Below are positions 60,041 through 64,000 of a stretch of DNA of 64,000 bases, in pieces (position 1 is the first letter of the stretch; each line of letters begins with the position of its first letter). The notes beneath the pieces were generated by a model that saw only the letters and a list, made by a program, of their open reading frames with translations, was not told where the DNA came from and searched no databases. Source of the stretch: Anthoceros angustus (lineage: Eukaryota; Plantae; Anthocerotophyta); assembly GCA_010909165.1 (NCBI GenBank), contig MU008179.1:744001-808000 (forward strand), in the 5' to 3' direction. Both the position numbers and the translations under genes were made by a program.

Positions 60041-60894
60041 CTTGGCCCTTGGCCGGGGAGAGAGCGAGAGGACCCCGGCAGCTGCAGCTGCAGCGGCAGC
60101 GGCATCGGAATCGGCACCGGCACCGACACCGGCAGGCGCGGGAGAGCTACTGCGGCAGTGAAGGAGCCAGCGAGGATCCAGGGAGCCTCACACTCAGGCA
60201 TGCATGCCGACACCGCCTTGCCTTGGATCCTTCTTTCATCTCCCGTCGTTCCGCAAACCGCTTTCACCTCCTCCGCCATCTGCTAGACCTTACCCCGCTG
60301 CATTGCCCCCGTCTCATCTCCCCTTTCTGCCCTCGCTGCCCGTGCTACTCCTCGAATAAAGCTCTGCTCGGCCTCCGAGCATCGCTTGTGCTTCTCGATA
60401 CGAGACACAAGGTTGCGAGCTTGAAGGACGCTGGCAAGCCGGCTCGGCCAAGTGGCAGTGAGCCGAGCTGCGCCGTTCTTGGTAGGCTTTCTCCGGATTC
60501 TTGCTGGCTTGGTGGTCTGTGGACAAAAGCTCTTCAATTCTGCTCTTGTGAGGCTTTTGGTAGACTGTCGTGGCTCTGTCACGCCTGCCTCTGAGAGTTG
60601 AACGAGGGAGTGGCCTTAGGCTGCTCGTGAATTCTGTCACGTCTTCACTCTGGTTTTCATTGCTTTTCCGCTGCCTGACCTCACCAGTCTTCGCTCGTCA
60701 AGCATGTATTGCTCCTCACTGCTTGCTCATGCTGGCGCGTGACACGCGTGTACAGGGACAATTGGCTCTCCGCGGGCTGGACGGGGACGAGTCTGGACGG
60801 AGCTTGCGCTGGTTATGTATGGCAGTGACGGAGCTAGGCAACCACATCAACTCCTCCGACTCCCGCTAGCAAGGACCTGTTAAGCATCTTGCGC

Positions 60895-62746
60895 ATGGCG
60901 TCCATCCATTTGGCTTCCGAGCCGCCACTCCTACAGCAGCACTTTGCGTTTGGCGCCTCTGTCGCAGACAACAGCAATACTGCTCCCGACAGCGCTGAAT
61001 GTGCTCGCAAGTGCACCATCCGCGGGTGTATAAAGTCCACCTCCGGCCCATGGATTGTGCGCCGTCCCCCTGGCAGGAATCAGGCGGCCGGGAGCGCCAC
61101 CTCCGTGCTCCGGATGCCTTCAGCCCGCGAGCGGGAGAACAACAAGAGGCGAGAGCGGCGACGTAGAGCGGTTGCGGCCAAGATTTTCGCAGGCCTCCGC
61201 GCTCATGGCAATTACTGTCTTCCTAAGCATGCGGATCACAACGAGGTGCTCAAGGCTCTGTGTGCAGAAGCTGGCTGGCACGTCGAAGAGGACGGCTCCA
61301 TTTATCGGAAGGTGTGTTGTGTGCGGATCAGTATTATCAGCCGTTCGAAACTGTCCCACTCACGTCTGCCTGGCTTTCCTTTTGTCGTAACCTTGTCGTG
61401 ACTCACACTCACTCCTCTTCTGGGTGAACCTGTAGCAGCTGGATATGCCCAGGAAGGATTTGCGATCGGAAGCTCACATAGATGGCGAAGGCGAAGGCGA
61501 AGGCGATGGCGATGGCGATGGCGGACAGGACTTGATGCACACCCCCCTAGGCCTCCACTCTGAGAGCCCCTCCTCTTCCTGCAGCCAAGGAGGCGACCAA
61601 AGTGATGAAACCACCTGCTCAGGCCGACTGTCGCGGAGCGCCAGCGGCGGCCGCCTCAGTAGCGCCAGCGCCTTTCAAATGCGAGGCCCGCCACCCGATT
61701 GCAGTTTTGCGGAGCCATTGATGTCAGTGCCGCCCAGTCGTGCCGGGAATGGTTCAAGGCAGGGATCTCCTCACAGAGCCGATTCTGAAATCTCGGCCAG
61801 GAGTAAATCCGAGTACCAGTTTCTTGCAAGTGCCCCACATGCAGACGCGTCTGTTGAATTTCGACCGCATCATCATCTCAAGGCACAATCTATGGGCGAC
61901 TTTCAGTCTGCTATTGATGAGGGTGGTTGTGGCACGCCTACCACTGTGCTCAGGATGCCGCCTGGCCATGGGATGTCAGCGGTCAAGAGGGAGTGGAGTA
62001 ACGGAATACCATACTACGACATGAGCCCTCAAGGTTGCGAGGCCATGACATGTATTCCGTCAGCCTTACAGCACCAGCTTCCTGGAAGCTCTCTTTCCTC
62101 AGGTTCTACAAGGGCTTACTGGAGTTTTGTCACTGATTTTTTTCTGCTGCTGCTTGTTTCGACGATTGCTACTAGTCCAGTAGCGGCGTGGAATCAATCC
62201 ACCAGCCTCCTGCTAATAGCTGCCCTGTGGACTGCAGAGATAATGCTACGAAGGAATGCTATGCGACAAGCAGTTTACAGACAAGAGCGGAGACTCACAG
62301 TAAGTGTTGCTCAGCTGGGTGCCGGCCACAGCTACGACATCAACGAGTCTGATGACATTGAGGCCTCCACGTTCAGTACTCGTCTCTTGGATATGAACAT
62401 GCTCCCTGCTCCTGAGTTTCAATATGAGAACACAATCTTGCCAAGTCTGGGGGGGAGCACCCCCACAGCGCTGTCTGCATCTGTGTCCGAGAATTACGAG
62501 GACTATGCAGGTGATGATGTCCCGATTGTCAACGACCTGTGCCTGGGAACCGGCTTCAACAGCAGCAGGTCCACTACAGCCAAGATGACTGGTTTCTCGC
62601 AGCTCCCTTCCGTCCATGTGTATTATAACCAACAAGGGTCGGCGGCAGCTCTCAAGGATGAAAGCTGTGCCCTTCCTGCCAGGCGTGACGCGTTGTCTCT
62701 CACCTTGTGCACTTCAGTTGAAAGGCGTGAACTGGAGGCTGGTTGA
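60895..62746 (+). CDS. BES1/BZR1-family transcription factor (3' exon structure uncertain)
   Basis: [67 protein letters not shown] (BES1_N), an intron donor at ~61311, then a Ser/Pro-rich region. Confidence 0.85.
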
Positions 62747-63577
62747 TGCGTGCAGGTCGAATCAAGTTTCGGATGACAAACCCCGCCGCTACATGCTAAT
62801 TGTACTTCATTTTGCTATGCTTCAAGTACGAGATTTTGTTGTGTCCTCTCAGGCACCATGTGAAGCGACAAGGCTGGTACAGAATTTTGCTTCTGTTCCG
62901 ATCAGCTTGGTGGATGAGTTGCATCAGGGGCATGCACAGAAGCGCTTGTGCGTCGTTTGCTCGCTGAGCTCAGCACATAGAAATGCGAGGTCCAAGCTTA
63001 AGAACTTTCTTAGACTTTTCTCCAGGTAGCCACTAACTTATGCTTTACGCATGCCGCATGTTTTTTCCACGCACTGTTGTATCCCGTAAGGTTGTGAGCG
63101 GGCATGTAAAACTCGGAACGGTCGATGATTTAATCACTCATGTCTCTTCCCCTCGGTACCGGCTCGCTCTGATGTTCGATCTGATCTGAAAGAACCTTTT
63201 TTTTGTTTTTCTTAGATGGCACTTTCCCCAGTATCTTGCGAACTATGTTGTCCACCTCTTCGTTCATGGCATATTTGCTTGCGGAGGTGAGCACTAGTTG
63301 TTTCCCTCCTCTGGCCATCATGTCTGGGTGAACTCGTTGAGGTGTGTTCAGTATCCTTTTCGATTCCTAACATACGTAACTTCGAGAGCTTAGTTCAATG
63401 CCTAAATTTCTCTGGCCACAGTACCTGCCTCACTTGCCACGGCCTGGCCTGTGAGAGCTGTGTATATGAACTGGCCTGTCCGAGCTGTGTATATGAAAAA
63501 AGTCTCACTGTCTTTTCTCTTCATTCCAGACAGTTGGGATAGACTGGGGGCCAACCTTCCTTGCTGGCGAGATCCCA

Positions 63578-64000
63578 TCAACTTTTCAGCTCCAGCTGTC
63601 CAATGAAGTCCGCATTGAGACCCCCAATGTACAGGTGGTCTCCAACCTGCTGACCTACAGTTACAAAATTGAAGAATTCGCCAGTGGAGTCGCCATACAT
63701 CTTCACAGGTTTTCCATCCTCGCTGATTTCAAGGATATATGCCCCTGAGTATCCAGCATCCACCTTCCTCAACAAGGACGGTGGCAGCAGCGCGACTAAA
63801 TGTTTCAAAAACGGTGATCTCAGTAGTAGAACAACTGTGCTTGAGGCCTGCTCAGAAACATGAAGCCGTCATTTATCAGGGCCTCGTTACCTCTGCGGAT
63901 CTCAATAAAAACACAGAAGTTTCCTACCGGAACGATGGCAACATGGTAAGTTCCATGTCCACTAGCATGCACGTTGTCAGGAAAACCTGGAAGACCGTCC
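63578..64000 (-). CDS. Strictosidine synthase-like (SSL/APMAP) beta-propeller, 3' exons only; the gene continues beyond the window
   Basis: DGLPGFPDNVH at the window edge. Last exon ...ILEISEDGKPVKMYGDSTGEFFNFVTVGQQVGDHLYIGGLNADFIGQLELKS*. Confidence 0.8.

Noticed and set aside
59377-60594. Long GC-rich ORFs upstream of the BZR gene
   Set aside because: Composed of simple-repeat translations (WLAG, GRGR, poly-S/L/C) with no domain signal.
61445-62950. BZR1-BAM (beta-amylase fusion)
   Set aside because: No glycoside hydrolase 14 motifs follow the BES1_N domain.
63130-63321. 63-aa basic ORF (MMARGGKQ...)
   Set aside because: Short, with no recognisable motif, and it lies in the convergent 3' region of BZR and SSL. 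It cannot be supported without expression data.

Overview
A gene-dense, short-intron plant locus. The compact genes, a DYW:KP-type PPR protein and RLE-type LINEs suggest a seed-free plant, most likely a hornwort; this is an inference. Host genes, left to right: a secreted single-DUF26/Gnk2 protein, DEAD-box helicase RH28/DRS1, an intronless SNF4/KINbeta-gamma, an AT1G32730-like zinc-finger protein, RPS25, a PLS-class PPR with a DYW:KP-type domain, a degenerate HSPA12-like Hsp70, proteasome beta-5, a chloroplast S1-domain protein (SDP-like), a BES1/BZR1 factor and the 3' end of a strictosidine-synthase-like gene. About 29.3-47.7 kb is a nested transposon block: a CRE-like non-LTR element is interrupted by a Ty3/Gypsy element. 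The headline observation is that this Gypsy pol region carries a C5 DNA-methyltransferase domain, with most motifs from I to X recognisable in canonical order, between protease and RT. It also has a PHD finger after the integrase and an extra 280-aa ORF. Caveat: many segments recur as near-identical local duplicates joined at short microhomologies and differing by homopolymer indels. This looks like long-read assembly artefact, so frameshifts, copy numbers and terminal structures are uncertain. All protein identifications come from motif recognition; no database searches were run.
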